A DNA stretch of 64,000 bases from Acidimicrobiia bacterium (GCA_024281095.1 JAMXLJ010000115.1:763-64762), one strand, 5' to 3'. Shown: positions 35,750 to 45,479, counted from the stretch's first letter. Notes: generated from the sequence alone by a model not told the origin. Numbers and translations: made by a program.

Positions 35750-37393
35750 TCACGTGCGCAGAGGCCAGCGCGGCGACGTCGTACGAGGTGGCTGTAGCGC
35801 GGCACGCACGTGCACGAGCGCGGGACCGGCCGATGAGATCGCGTCGCGCAGCGCGCGCTCGTACTCGTCGTCGATCCCGTCGACCGTAGTCGCGGCGACG
35901 CCGAACGAGCGGGCCAGCGCGGCGAAGTCGGGCGTGTGCAGCTCGGTGCCGAGCACCGGCCATTCGTCGTGCGTGTGCCCGTAGCGCAGCATGCCGTACC
36001 CGCCGTCGTCGACGACCACGACGGTGAGTGGCAACTGCTCCTGCACCACCGTGGCGAGCTCGCCCGGCGCGTACAGGAAGCCGCCGTCACCGCAGATCGC
36101 GACGGTCGGGCGATCACCCCCGGCAGCGACGGCCGCGCCGACGGCCGCGGGGAACGCGAAGCCCAGCGTGCCCCACCCCATCGGGTAGTGGAGCGAGCGG
36201 GCCCTGAAGACCGGCGCGTAGCCCGCGAGCCAGTAGCCGGGCACGGTCATGTCGGTGAAGAGCACCCCGTCGCGCGCCAGTGCGGCCGCGGTGTGCTCGA
36301 CGAACGCCATGCCGTCGGCGCCACCCGAGTCGCGCAGGACGTCGGTTCGGGCCGTGACGTTCACGGCCGCGACGTCCGCCCACGGCGGCCTCCGATCCGG
36401 TGTGAGCCGCGTCGCCAGCGCCTCGAGCGCGATGGCGGCGTCGCCTTCGACGACCACATCCGCGTCGTAGTTCTTGGTCGCGTCGGACGGATCGACGTTC
36501 ACGGCGACGCGCGGTTGCGGGATCGGCAGCTGCCAGTTCTGGGTGTTCGGCCCGTCGAGGTCGCTACCCACGACGAGGCACGCGTCGGCCCGTTCGAGGA
36601 GCGCCGTCACCTCGGGCTCGTGCGGCGGCGCCGTGACGAGCAACGGGTGGTCGAACGGCAGCACGCCTCGGCCCTGGAACGTCGTGACGACCGGCGCGCC
36701 GAGCCGCGCCGCGACGTGCTCCACGGAGGCGGATGCATCGCGCGCGCCGCCGCCGGCCCACAGCACCGGCCGGTGGGCTTCGGCGAGCACCTGCGCGGCC
36801 CGCGCCAACGAGCCGGGCTCCGGCTCCGGTGGCCGGCTCTGTCGAAGTGCGGCCTCCATCTCCTGTGCCGGCCCCCCGAGCAGGTCGGCCGGCACGCCGA
36901 GGTAGACGGGCCGCGACGGTGCTGCGGTCGCGAGCGCGAGCGCGACGGAGACACCGGCGCCGATGCCGTCGGGATCGGGGACCTCCAGCGTCGCCTTCGT
37001 GAGCGGTCGGAACAACGCGGCCTGGTCGACCGACTCGTGCAGTGAGCCGCGGTACACGCCGGGCCGCCGCAGCGACGTGGCGACGTCGCTCGCGATCACG
37101 ACGAGCGGCGTGCGCGCGGCCCAGGCCTCGCCCACGGCGCCGAGGGTGTTCGCCGCGCCCGGCCCGGTCGTGACGGCAACCACACCCGGGCGGCCCGTGA
37201 CGCGCGCGTAGCCGTCGGCTGCATACGCCGCGCCCTGCTCGTGGCGGGCGCCCACGATACGGATGCCCGCTCGCGCACATGCCGGCCAGAGCGCGATGTT
37301 GTGCACGCCCGGCAGGCCGAAGACGACGTCGCAACCGGCGCTGCGCAACGCGGCCGCGACGGCGTCCGCGCCCGTGAAGACGCCGTCGGTCAC
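35750..37393 (-). CDS. Thiamine-pyrophosphate-binding enzyme of the acetolactate synthase / benzoylformate decarboxylase family
   Basis: ORF 35750..37393. Motifs: GADAVAAALRSAGCDVVFGLPGVHN...ARHEQGAAYAADGYARVTGRPGVV..TTGPGAANT, and the TPP motif ICGDGGFLY...LPLTVVVVDDGGYGML. Its GTG start overlaps the upstream ATPase stop (GTGA at 37390-37393). Confidence 0.9.
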   Translation of the reverse strand: MTDGVFTGADAVAAALRSAGCDVVFGLPGVHNIALWPACARAGIRIVGARHEQGAAYAADGYARVTGRPGVVAVTTGPGAANTLGAVGEAWAARTPLVVIASDVATSLRRPGVYRGSLHESVDQAALFRPLTKATLEVPDPDGIGAGVSVALALATAAPSRPVYLGVPADLLGGPAQEMEAALRQSRPPEPEPGSLARAAQVLAEAHRPVLWAGGGARDASASVEHVAARLGAPVVTTFQGRGVLPFDHPLLVTAPPHEPEVTALLERADACLVVGSDLDGPNTQNWQLPIPQPRVAVNVDPSDATKNYDADVVVEGDAAIALEALATRLTPDRRPPWADVAAVNVTARTDVLRDSGGADGMAFVEHTAAALARDGVLFTDMTVPGYWLAGYAPVFRARSLHYPMGWGTLGFAFPAAVGAAVAAGGDRPTVAICGDGGFLYAPGELATVVQEQLPLTVVVVDDGGYGMLRYGHTHDEWPVLGTELHTPDFAALARSFGVAATTVDGIDDEYERALRDAISSAGPALVHVRAALQPPRTTSPRWPLRT

Positions 37394-38448
37394 GACTTCG
37401 TCTGACCGTTGGCGTGCAGGACGGGCAACACGACGACGCCTTCAGGGTCGACGGAGAGCCGCACCGTGGAGCCGAGGTCGGGGAGCGCGTCGGGCGCGAC
37501 GGCCACTTCGGCCGCGCCGCCCGCCGAGAGCGCGATGCGCAGGAGGAAGTGGTCGCGCCGGAAGGTTCGGCTCTCCACCACGCCGCAGAGCGGGCCGTTG
37601 GCGTCGAGTTTCAACGCGTCGGGGCGCAGCGCGAGACGGGCCGCGCCCGCGGGCGTGCCCTCGGGAACGGGCAGCTCGCCCCACGCGCTGCGCGCGACCG
37701 GTGGGCCGAAATGCGCCACCGCGATCTGCGCGTCGACGATGTTGTCGAAGCCGAGAAACCGGGCCGTGAACTCCGTGGTCGGGCGCGTCCATACGTCCTG
37801 TGGTTCACCGGCCTGTTCCACCCGTCCGGTGCGCATCACGATGACACGGTCCGCGAGTGCGAACGCCTCGTCGTGGTCGTGCGTGACGAACAGCGCGGTG
37901 ATGTGCCGGGCGGAGAACAGGTCGTGCAGGTCGACCATGAGGCGTTCTCGCAGGGCCCGGTCGAGCGAGCCGAGCGGTTCGTCGAGCATGAGCAGCCTCG
38001 GTGAGGGTGCCAGTGCCCGCGCGAGTGCGACCCGCTGCTGCTCGCCCCCGGACAACTCGTTCACGCGCCGGTGCTCGAAGCCCTGGAGGTTGACGAGCTG
38101 CAACACCTCCGCGACGCGTGAGCGCAGCACGGTCGCCCCGACGTGCTTCATGCGCAGACCGAAGGCGACGTTCTCCGACACGTCGAGGTGGGGAAACAGC
38201 GCGTGGTCCTGGAACATCAGGCCGAATTGCCGGCGATGCGGCGGTAAGGCGGTGAGGTCGGTGCCGTCCCACGTGATGCGACCGGCCGCGGGCTGCTCCA
38301 GGCCGGCGATCGCTCGAAGCAGCGTGCTCTTACCCGAGCCCGATGGGCCGAGCACGCACACCACTTCGCCCCGTTTCACCGTGAGGTCCACACGGTCGAC
38401 CGCGCGCGCCGTCCCGTAGTCGACGGTGAGCCCGTGCACGTTCAGCAT
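37390..38448 (-). CDS. thiQ: ABC transporter ATP-binding protein (thiamine-type importer)
   Basis: This is the last 352 codons of ORF 37390..39909. ATG at 38448 overlaps the permease stop (ATGA). Motifs: Walker A GPSGSGKST, signature LSGGEQQRVALARAL, Walker B LLMLDEPLGSLD. The assignment to thiamine rests on operon context with the TPP riboswitch. Confidence 0.85.
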   Translation of the reverse strand: MLNVHGLTVDYGTARAVDRVDLTVKRGEVVCVLGPSGSGKSTLLRAIAGLEQPAAGRITWDGTDLTALPPHRRQFGLMFQDHALFPHLDVSENVAFGLRMKHVGATVLRSRVAEVLQLVNLQGFEHRRVNELSGGEQQRVALARALAPSPRLLMLDEPLGSLDRALRERLMVDLHDLFSARHITALFVTHDHDEAFALADRVIVMRTGRVEQAGEPQDVWTRPTTEFTARFLGFDNIVDAQIAVAHFGPPVARSAWGELPVPEGTPAGAARLALRPDALKLDANGPLCGVVESRTFRRDHFLLRIALSAGGAAEVAVAPDALPDLGSTVRLSVDPEGVVVLPVLHANGQTKS

Positions 38449-40217
38449 CAGAACTCTCCGATCGATCCCGCGCGGAAGCGCTCGATCAGGAACACTGCCG
38501 CGCCCGTCACCACCATCAGGATCACGCTCGCCGCCATGGCCTGCCCGAAGTTCAGCACGCCGGGCTTGCCGAGCAGGCGATAGATCACGATGGGCAGTGT
38601 GGGGTAGTCGGGGCGGGCGATGAAGACGGTCGCCCCGAACTCGCCGAGCGATATCGCGAACGCGAACGCGGCTGCTACGAGCACCGCGCGCGCCACGATC
38701 GGAAGGTCCACTTCTCGCCAGACGCGCAGGGGCGATGCCCCGAGCATCGCCGCCGCCTCGCGCAGCCGAGGGTCGATCGACCGCAGCAGTGGCACCATCG
38801 TCCAAACCACGAACGGCGTCGCGACCAGTGCGTGCGCGATCGGGATCAGCGCCGGGGAGGTGCGCAGATCGATCGGCGGATGATCGAGCGTGATGAGGAA
38901 CCCGAAGCCGACGATCACAGCCGACGTGCCGAGCGGAAGGAGCACCAACGTGTCGAGCAGCCGGGCCGGTCGCCAGCCGCGCGCTCGTTGTGGTCTCCGG
39001 GCGATCGCGAATGCGGTCATTCCACCGATCACGATTGCGATCGCGGTAGCGGCCAGCGCGAACACGAGTGAATTGCGCACCGCTTCGAGGGGCGGCACGA
39101 AGAACGTGCTGTTGCCGGGCGAGTGCGCGAGCGCGCGGTAGTAGACGAAGCCGTAGCCGCGGCCGTCGTCGAGTGAGCGCTCCACCAGCACCGCGACCGG
39201 GAAGCCGAGCAGTGCGGCCATCACCGCGCCGTTGGCCGCGAGCGCGAGACGCGCGCCGATCGTTCGAACCGGGCGCACGATCTCCGCCTCCGCGCGCAGA
39301 CGCAGTGCCTCGGCGCGCCGCCGTTGCGCGCGTCCCGACACCATGAGCACCGCGATCACCGCCGCGAGCTGCACGATCGAGAGTGCCGCGGCGGTGGGGA
39401 GGTTGAGCAGTTCGGCGGTCTGCCGGTAGATCTCGACCTCGAGCGTCGAGTAGCGCGGGCCGCCGAGGATCAGGATCACGCCGAAGCTCGTGAACGTGAA
39501 CAGGAACACGATCGACGCCGCGGCGGCGATCGCGGGCCGCAGCGCCGGCAGCGTCACCGCCCGGAACGTGCGCCACCGTCCGGCGCCGAGCACGCGGGCT
39601 GCCTCCTCCGTGCGCGGGTCGAGATGGGACCACATGCCTCCGACCGTCCGTACGACGACCGCGTAGTTGAAGAACGCGTGCGCGAGCAAAATCGGCCAGA
39701 CCGTTCCGATGAGCCCGAGTGCGCCGAGTGGCCCCTTCGGGCCGAGCATCGAGAGGAACGCCGACGCGACGACCACGGTCGGGAGCACGAACGGCACGGT
39801 GACCGCGGCCCAGACGAGCCGCCGGCCGCGGAATCGGTAGCGCGACAGCACGTAGGCACCCGGAAGTGCGAGCACCACCGTCAACGCGGTCGACGCGGCC
39901 GCCTGCCACAACGTGAACCAGGCCACGTGTCGAAGCGCGGGGTCACTGACGACGCTGCGGAGCGGCTCGAGGTCGAGGCGGCCACCGGGGCGGAGGCCGC
40001 GGTCGATGATCGTCGCGACGGGATAGACGAAGAACAGGCCGAGGAAACCGACGGGCACGAGCACGAGCAGCACCGCACCCGCAGTGCGTGCCGCTCGGGC
40101 GGGCCGCGACGACCGAACGGCCGCGGCGGAGCCTGAATCGGCCGCGGGCACGGCGGGCGGGCCCGGGCCGGCGTCCGCCGGTGGCGGCGGTCTCAGCGCA
40201 ACACGGTGTTCGTCCAC
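38448..40217 (-). CDS. thiP: ABC transporter permease, duplicated two-domain type (ThiP-like)
   Basis: ORF 38448..40217 (589 aa). It contains two BPD_transp_1 units, each with an EAA-type loop (EEAARVLGAGRWRTFRAVTLP and REAAAMLGASPLRVWREVDLP). The start is uncertain; the GTG at 40217 overlaps the SBP gene by 25 nt. Confidence 0.85.
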   Translation of the reverse strand: MDEHRVALRPPPPADAGPGPPAVPAADSGSAAAVRSSRPARAARTAGAVLLVLVPVGFLGLFFVYPVATIIDRGLRPGGRLDLEPLRSVVSDPALRHVAWFTLWQAAASTALTVVLALPGAYVLSRYRFRGRRLVWAAVTVPFVLPTVVVASAFLSMLGPKGPLGALGLIGTVWPILLAHAFFNYAVVVRTVGGMWSHLDPRTEEAARVLGAGRWRTFRAVTLPALRPAIAAAASIVFLFTFTSFGVILILGGPRYSTLEVEIYRQTAELLNLPTAAALSIVQLAAVIAVLMVSGRAQRRRAEALRLRAEAEIVRPVRTIGARLALAANGAVMAALLGFPVAVLVERSLDDGRGYGFVYYRALAHSPGNSTFFVPPLEAVRNSLVFALAATAIAIVIGGMTAFAIARRPQRARGWRPARLLDTLVLLPLGTSAVIVGFGFLITLDHPPIDLRTSPALIPIAHALVATPFVVWTMVPLLRSIDPRLREAAAMLGASPLRVWREVDLPIVARAVLVAAAFAFAISLGEFGATVFIARPDYPTLPIVIYRLLGKPGVLNFGQAMAASVILMVVTGAAVFLIERFRAGSIGEF

Positions 40218-41293
40218 TTACCGATCCAGGTGTCGCGGTTGCGCCCGATCTCACCCGGCGGCAGCTGGAAGGGGTGCGGCGCGACCTGGGCGAAGCGCAC
40301 GAACACGTCGGGGAGCGGCGTGTCGCGGCGTACAGGGAACACGTACATGTTCAGCGGCATGTCCTGTTGGAACTCTCGCGACAGCATGAAGTCGACGAGC
40401 GCCGCTGCTTCCGCCCGGTGATGTGTGCCGCGCAGGACGCCGGCGAACTCGACTTGACGGAAGCACGTGTCGAGCAGGGTGCCGATGGGAGCAGACGTCG
40501 GTGGCGGGTTCACGCCGACCACCTCTGCCGGGGGGCTCGACGCGTACGAGACGACGAGCGGCTTCGTGCCGCCCGCCTGGCGCCCCGCGCTGCTGCCGCT
40601 GAACGCCTGGCTGTAGGCCTGGTCCCATGACGAGACGACGGTGAGGCCGTTGGCCTTCAGCCGCTTCCAGTAGTCCAGCCAGTGAGTCGGGCCGAACCGG
40701 GCGATCGTCGCGAGAACGAACGCGAGCCCCGGTGACGAGTCGGCCGGGTTCTCCATCACCAACAGATTCTTGTACTGCGGGTCGGCCAGGTCGTCGATGG
40801 TCCGCGGCGGTGCGAGGTGGTGGCTTTGGAAGTACGCCAGATCGTCGTTCACACACACGTCGCCGTAGTCGACCGGTGTGACGCGGTGCTTCGAGTCGAG
40901 CTGGAACTGGGCCGGTACCTCGCTCAGCGGCGGCGAGGTGTACGGCACGAAGATGCCCGCGTCGAGCCCGCGCGACAGGAACGTGTTGTCGATGCCGTAG
41001 AACGCGTCCGCGAGGGGATGATCCTTGGTCAGGATGGCCTGGTTCACCGCCCGTCCGGCGTCGCCGGACTTGAGCACCTTCACCGTGATGCCTGTCCGAC
41101 GCGTGAACGAATCGAGCACGCCGGGCGACGTCGCGAAGAAGTCGTGCGTCATGAGCGTGATGGTCACCGCGCGTCGCGACCGCGACGCCGGCTTCGTCCC
41201 GCCACTCGACGAGTCGCAGGCGGCAAGACTTGCCGTAACGAGCGCGACGGTCGCGATCACGGCTGCGCGTCGCCGCTTCGGTTCGGCGTTCAT
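40193..41293 (-). CDS. thiB: Thiamine/TPP-binding ABC substrate-binding lipoprotein (TbpA/ThiB-like)
   Basis: ORF 40193..41572. ATG at 41293 is preceded by GGAGGACAG. It has the lipobox VTASLAAC. It resembles E. coli TbpA from memory (PLVVSYASSPPAE vs LVLSYTTSPAYH; C-terminal WIGKWTNTVLR vs WISEWQRAVSR). The ATG overlaps the thiN stop (ATGA). Confidence 0.85.
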   Translation of the reverse strand: MNAEPKRRRAAVIATVALVTASLAACDSSSGGTKPASRSRRAVTITLMTHDFFATSPGVLDSFTRRTGITVKVLKSGDAGRAVNQAILTKDHPLADAFYGIDNTFLSRGLDAGIFVPYTSPPLSEVPAQFQLDSKHRVTPVDYGDVCVNDDLAYFQSHHLAPPRTIDDLADPQYKNLLVMENPADSSPGLAFVLATIARFGPTHWLDYWKRLKANGLTVVSSWDQAYSQAFSGSSAGRQAGGTKPLVVSYASSPPAEVVGVNPPPTSAPIGTLLDTCFRQVEFAGVLRGTHHRAEAAALVDFMLSREFQQDMPLNMYVFPVRRDTPLPDVFVRFAQVAPHPFQLPPGEIGRNRDTWIGKWTNTVLR

Positions 41294-42075
41294 CTGTCCT
41301 CCAGTGCATCGAGCGCATCGAGCGCGTTGAGTGCATCGGGTCGGATCACCAGCAGGACCCCATCGGTGAGCGACACGGTGGCGCTCGAACCGGTCAGCTC
41401 GTTGCTCACGCCGCGCGTCGTGCCCGCCGTGAGCGAGCCGGTCTGCAGTGGGTAGCGCAGCCCGCTCGTGGTGATGCCGCCGGCGAGGCCGCCGACCGGC
41501 ACGAGCGAGACGATTTCGCCGGGCGTCCCGTGAACTTCCACGGCGTTTCCGGGCCGCGCGACCGCGACCCACGCCGTGCCGACCCAGCCCTCGAGGTGCA
41601 CAGCCGCGTAGCGGGGCAGCGCGAGGACGAGCAGGTTGGCGAGGCTCATGTCGAGCCGTCCGCCGGCGCCCGCGACGACGACGATCGCCGTGGCGCCCGC
41701 GTCACACGCAGCGTCGAGCGCGATCTCGAGATCGATCTGGTCCTTCTCGACGGGATGCCGTTCGACGCGCGTCCCGGCCGCGGCGACCGACGCGACTTCT
41801 CCGGGCTCCACCGAGTCGAGGTCGCCGACGAGGAGATCAGGGCGGACGCCGAGGACGCGCGCCTGTGACAGGCCGGAGTCGGCCGCGACGACGAGGCTCG
41901 CCGCGGGCAGTGCACGGGCGATCCGGGGATCGACCGGTCCCCCGGCGGCAAGGACGAGTGCGACTTCGCTCGGTCGAGTCCGCGGCGGCGTCTCGGGCGG
42001 CTGCCCAGGCCGACGCTTCGTCTCCGGGTCTTGTCGGGGTGCTCGCCCGTCACTCGTTGGTGACGGCGCGTCCAT
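41290..42075 (-). CDS. thiN: Thiamine pyrophosphokinase
   Basis: ORF 41290..42075. Motifs: VLAAGG...VVAADSGL...PDLLVGDLDSV...EKDQIDLEIAL...VAGAGGRLDMSLANL...VSLVPVGG..GITTSGLRYPL...GVSNEL, matching the TPK catalytic and B1-binding domain patterns. Confidence 0.85.
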   Translation of the reverse strand: MDAPSPTSDGRAPRQDPETKRRPGQPPETPPRTRPSEVALVLAAGGPVDPRIARALPAASLVVAADSGLSQARVLGVRPDLLVGDLDSVEPGEVASVAAAGTRVERHPVEKDQIDLEIALDAACDAGATAIVVVAGAGGRLDMSLANLLVLALPRYAAVHLEGWVGTAWVAVARPGNAVEVHGTPGEIVSLVPVGGLAGGITTSGLRYPLQTGSLTAGTTRGVSNELTGSSATVSLTDGVLLVIRPDALNALDALDALEDR

Positions 42076-42079
42076 CGAG

Positions 42080-42178
42080 GTCTCCCTTCGCCGGTATTAC
42101 CCGGATCAGGTTCGAGCGGTCGGCGGCTGCGTGCCGCCCTCTCAGCCCGGCGCACCGGGCTCCCGTGTCACTGCGCAG
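42080..42178 (-). promoter_or_regulatory. TPP (THI-box) riboswitch
   Basis: The reverse strand reads ...CACGGGAGCCCGGUGCGCCGGGCUGAGAGGGCGGCACGCAGCCGCCGACCGCUCGAACCUGAUCCGGGUAAUACCGGCGAAGGGAGACCUCG-AUG. It contains the conserved CUGAGA and ACCUGAUCnGGnUAAUnCCnGCGnAGGGA elements of the THI element. The 3' end overlaps the only SD-like purine run, 5 nt before the thiN ATG at 42075. Confidence 0.88.
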
Positions 42179-42205
42179 CGTACCGCGGAAGCGCCCGCGC
42201 TTCCC

Positions 42206-42436
42206 TCAGGAATCGGGAAACGGCTCCGGGCGACTCTCGAGGATCTCGCGCGCGCGTTCCAGATCGTGCTCGAGCACGAAGACCGGACAGTCGGCGCGGT
42301 GGAAGTACGAATATCCCTTGCCGCCCGATGTCGTGGCGTGGATGCCGTTGCTGCGAAGGAGCGCGATGACGACGTCGGCCTCGAACGCCGTAGGCACCGA
42401 CGTCACGAGCACGACCGCCTCGTCGCCGGAGCTCAC
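42206..42436 (-). CDS. DUF2007-type small protein (putative signal-transducing, PII/ACT-like fold)
   Basis: This is the C-terminal 76 codons of ORF 42206..42622, from GTG at 42436, 13 nt after the E2 stop. It reads VVLVTSVPTAFEADVVIALLRSNGIHATT...CPVFVLEHDLERAREILES, fitting the DUF2007 pattern. The upstream part of the ORF is a Ser/Arg-rich shadow overlapping E2. Confidence 0.5.
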   Translation of the reverse strand: MSSGDEAVVLVTSVPTAFEADVVIALLRSNGIHATTSGGKGYSYFHRADCPVFVLEHDLERAREILESRPEPFPDS

Positions 42437-42449
42437 GACGGCCGGCGCA

Positions 42450-43349
42450 TCAGCCCGCCTCGAGCTGCCAGTCGCGGCCCTGGAGGAAGTCGCGCACCCG
42501 GCCGAGAAACGCGGCCGCGTACGCGACGTCGAACACGCGATGGTCCCAGCTGAGCCCGAGAACGCCGATCGCGCGCGTCCCGATCGTGTCGCGGCCGTCG
42601 GCGCCTTCGACGACGACGACACGGCGCGCGACGCCGTCGGTCGACAGGATGGCGACCTGGGGTTGGTTGATGATCGGTACGGACACGGCCGTTCCGGCCG
42701 GCCCGGGGTTCGTGATCGTGAAGGTGCCTCCGGAGATGTCGTCGGGTGTCAGCGACCGCGCCCGGGCCCGCTTCGCGACGGCGCTGATGTCCGAAGCGAG
42801 CGTGAGGAGATCCTTGTGTTCCGCGTTGTGCACGACCGGCACGATGAGGCCTCGGTACTCGAGGTCGACCGCGATGCCGAGGTTGACTGCGGGTTGCGCG
42901 CGTGCTTCGCCGTCGCTCACGGTCGCGTTCACCCACGGGAACTCGCGTATCGCGTCCACGACCGCGCGGGCGATGAACGGGAGGAAGGTGAGGCGCCGCG
43001 GCCGCCGCACCCGGTCGACGTCCTCGACGTCCACCTCCATCGCGACGAACGCGTGCGCGGCCACCTGGGTCGATCGCAGAAGGTGCTCGCCGGCCCGACG
43101 TTGCACCGGGTTCAGCGTCACCGCCTCGTCGTGCGCGCCGGCGAGGCGCGGCCGCGTTCCGGAGACGTCGGCCCGCGTCACGCGACCATCGCGGCCGGTG
43201 CCCGTGATGGTCGCGACGTCGACACCCTGCTCCTGGATCAGCCGCCGCACGGCGGGGGACAGGAAGGTCGCGGTGGCGGCTCGTCGGGCGGAGCGCTGTC
43301 GCCACGGCAGCACGGATTCGGCCACAGACACGTTGTAGTCGCTCGCCAT
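42450..43349 (-). CDS. 2-oxoacid dehydrogenase E2 acyltransferase homologue with a subunit-binding domain and catalytic domain but no lipoyl domain
   Basis: This is the last 299 codons of the 1092-aa ORF 42450..45728, starting at ATG 43349. It has the PSBD LSPAVRRLIQEQGVDVATITGTGRDGRVTRADV and catalytic-domain motifs FLPFIARAVVDAI...GIAVDL..GLIVPVV...GGTFTITNPG...LSWDHRVFDV. Everything upstream in that ORF is antisense to the E1 gene. Confidence 0.85.
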   Translation of the reverse strand: MASDYNVSVAESVLPWRQRSARRAATATFLSPAVRRLIQEQGVDVATITGTGRDGRVTRADVSGTRPRLAGAHDEAVTLNPVQRRAGEHLLRSTQVAAHAFVAMEVDVEDVDRVRRPRRLTFLPFIARAVVDAIREFPWVNATVSDGEARAQPAVNLGIAVDLEYRGLIVPVVHNAEHKDLLTLASDISAVAKRARARSLTPDDISGGTFTITNPGPAGTAVSVPIINQPQVAILSTDGVARRVVVVEGADGRDTIGTRAIGVLGLSWDHRVFDVAYAAAFLGRVRDFLQGRDWQLEAG

Positions 43350-43385
43350 GGCTACGGTTGTCCGAAGCACTCGGTGAGGTGATCG

Positions 43386-45479
43386 ATGAAGGTCGGCGAG
43401 CGGCGTCAGGGCATCGACCTGCACGAGGCGATCGAGGACTTCCGGCTCGCGTGCATCTCTCGGGCGCTCGACGACCGTGAGATCGCGCTCCGTCAGCAGA
43501 GTCGGGTCTTCTTCCAGATCTCCGGTGCCGGTCACGAGGCGCTGCTCCTCGGGCTCGCGCGTTCCTTGCGCTCCGGGTACGACTGGTTCTTCCCCTACTA
43601 CCGCGACCGCGCGCTGGTTCTCGGGCTCGGCGTCACACCACTCGACATCCTCCTGCAGGCCGTCGGCTCGGCGGCCGACCCGGCGTCGGGCGGGCGTCAG
43701 ATGCCGTGCCACTGGGGCGACGTCGGCCGCAACATCGTCACGCAGAGCAGCCCGACGGGAACGCAGTGCCTCCCCGCGGTCGGTTGTGCGGAGGCTGCCC
43801 ACTACATCCTGCGTCGCGAGATTCCCGGGCTCACCGCGCACGGCGACGAGTTGACGTACGTGTCGCTCGGTGAGGGCGCGACGTCGGAAGGCGAGTTCTG
43901 GGAGAGCCTCAACACTGCGTGCCGCCTCCACCTGCCCGTGCTGTACGTCGTGGCCGACAACGGCTACGCGATCTCGGTTCGCAGCTCCGACCAGGCCCCG
44001 GCGCCGATCTCGGAGATGGTTCGAGGGATGCGCGGGTTGCGGATCGTGAAGATCGACGGTCGCGACTACTTCCAGAGCCGCAAGCGTGGAGCCGACGCGA
44101 TCCAACACGTACGTGCCGGCGCAGGCCCGTGCCTCATCCATGCGAAGGTCACCCGGCCGTACGCGCACTCGCTCTCCGACGACCAGAAGAAGTACCGCCC
44201 GCCGGAGGAGCTCCAGGACGAGCTGCACCACGACCCCATCGACGGGCTCGAGCACGCGCTCGTGCGGGCGGGCGCGCTCACGAAGGCGGACGCCGGTTCG
44301 ATCCGTGAGGAGGCGAAACAGGTCGTGTCCGACGCGGCGCGCGACGCACTCGAAGCGGCGCGTCCCGATCCACGTCAGATCACCGAGCACGTGTACGCGC
44401 CGCTCGCGTTCAGCGACGTGCCGCCCGACCCGCCCCAGCCGGCCGCCGGCGACGACGTCGAGGTCCTGACCTTCGGCGACTCGATCCGCCGCGCGCTCCA
44501 CGACGAGATGGCGCGCGACGAGCGCATCCGTGTGTTCGGCGAAGACGTGGCCGACGCGGATCCCGGCGTGCTGGACGCCGTGCCCGGGAAGGGCGGCGTG
44601 TTCGGCATCACGTTCGGTCTGCAGCGCGAGTACGGGGTCGCGCGTTGCTTCAACACACCGCTCGCGGAGGCGAACATCGTCGGGCGCGCCGTCGGACAGG
44701 CGGTGCGCGGTCTCCGTCCGAGCCCGGAGATCCAGTTCTTCGACTACATCTGGCCCGCGATGCACCAGCTCCGAGCGGAGGCGGCGACGATCCGCTGGCG
44801 CTCCAACGGCCAGTTCTCGTGCCCGCTCGTGTTGCGGGTCCCCATCGGCGGCTACCTCGTCGGCGGGGCGATCTGGCACTCCCAGTGTGGAGAGTCGATC
44901 TTCGCCCACATACCGGGTCTGCTGATCGCGTTCCCGTCGCGTGCGCGCGACGCGGCCGGCCTCCTGCGCAGCGCGTTCCGCGGCGAAGACCCGGTGCTGT
45001 TCCTCGAGCACAAGCACCTCTACCGGCAGGGCTACAACCGCGATGCCTATCCAGCCGTCGACTGGGTTCTTCCCTTCGGCCGTGGCCGATACGTCACCCG
45101 CGGGGACGCGATCACCGTCGTCACGTGGGGCGCGACGGTTCACCGCGCCGAGCTTGCTGCACGCGAGGTCGACCCGGAAGCGACGAAGATCGAGATCATC
45201 GATCTTCGCACCATCACCCCGTGGGACCGCGAGCTCGTTGCGGAATCGGTGGAGAAGACGGGTCGGTTGCTGGTGGTGCACGAGGACACGCTCACGTGTG
45301 GCTTCGGCGCGGAGGTCGCCGCGTGGGTCGCCGACGAGTGCTTCGAGTTCCTCGACGCACCGGTGTGGCGTCTTGCCGCGACCGACACCTGCGTCGCGTA
45401 CGAGCCGACGCTCGAAGACGCGATCCTGCCGCAAGTAGCGGACATCGTGCGCGACGTGCGCGCGCTGCTCGCATACTGA
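43386..45479 (+). CDS. Fused alpha/beta E1 component of a 2-oxoacid (branched-chain type) dehydrogenase, TPP-dependent
   Basis: ORF 43386..45479 (697 aa). The alpha half has YRDRALVLG...SSPTGTQCLPAVG...VSLGEGATSEGEFWESLN...LPVLYVVADNGYAIS. The beta half has FGEDVAD...GGVFGIT..LQREYG..RCFNTPLAEANIVG...LEHKHLY...IIDLRTITPWD. Confidence 0.9.
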   Translation: MKVGERRQGIDLHEAIEDFRLACISRALDDREIALRQQSRVFFQISGAGHEALLLGLARSLRSGYDWFFPYYRDRALVLGLGVTPLDILLQAVGSAADPASGGRQMPCHWGDVGRNIVTQSSPTGTQCLPAVGCAEAAHYILRREIPGLTAHGDELTYVSLGEGATSEGEFWESLNTACRLHLPVLYVVADNGYAISVRSSDQAPAPISEMVRGMRGLRIVKIDGRDYFQSRKRGADAIQHVRAGAGPCLIHAKVTRPYAHSLSDDQKKYRPPEELQDELHHDPIDGLEHALVRAGALTKADAGSIREEAKQVVSDAARDALEAARPDPRQITEHVYAPLAFSDVPPDPPQPAAGDDVEVLTFGDSIRRALHDEMARDERIRVFGEDVADADPGVLDAVPGKGGVFGITFGLQREYGVARCFNTPLAEANIVGRAVGQAVRGLRPSPEIQFFDYIWPAMHQLRAEAATIRWRSNGQFSCPLVLRVPIGGYLVGGAIWHSQCGESIFAHIPGLLIAFPSRARDAAGLLRSAFRGEDPVLFLEHKHLYRQGYNRDAYPAVDWVLPFGRGRYVTRGDAITVVTWGATVHRAELAAREVDPEATKIEIIDLRTITPWDRELVAESVEKTGRLLVVHEDTLTCGFGAEVAAWVADECFEFLDAPVWRLAATDTCVAYEPTLEDAILPQVADIVRDVRALLAY

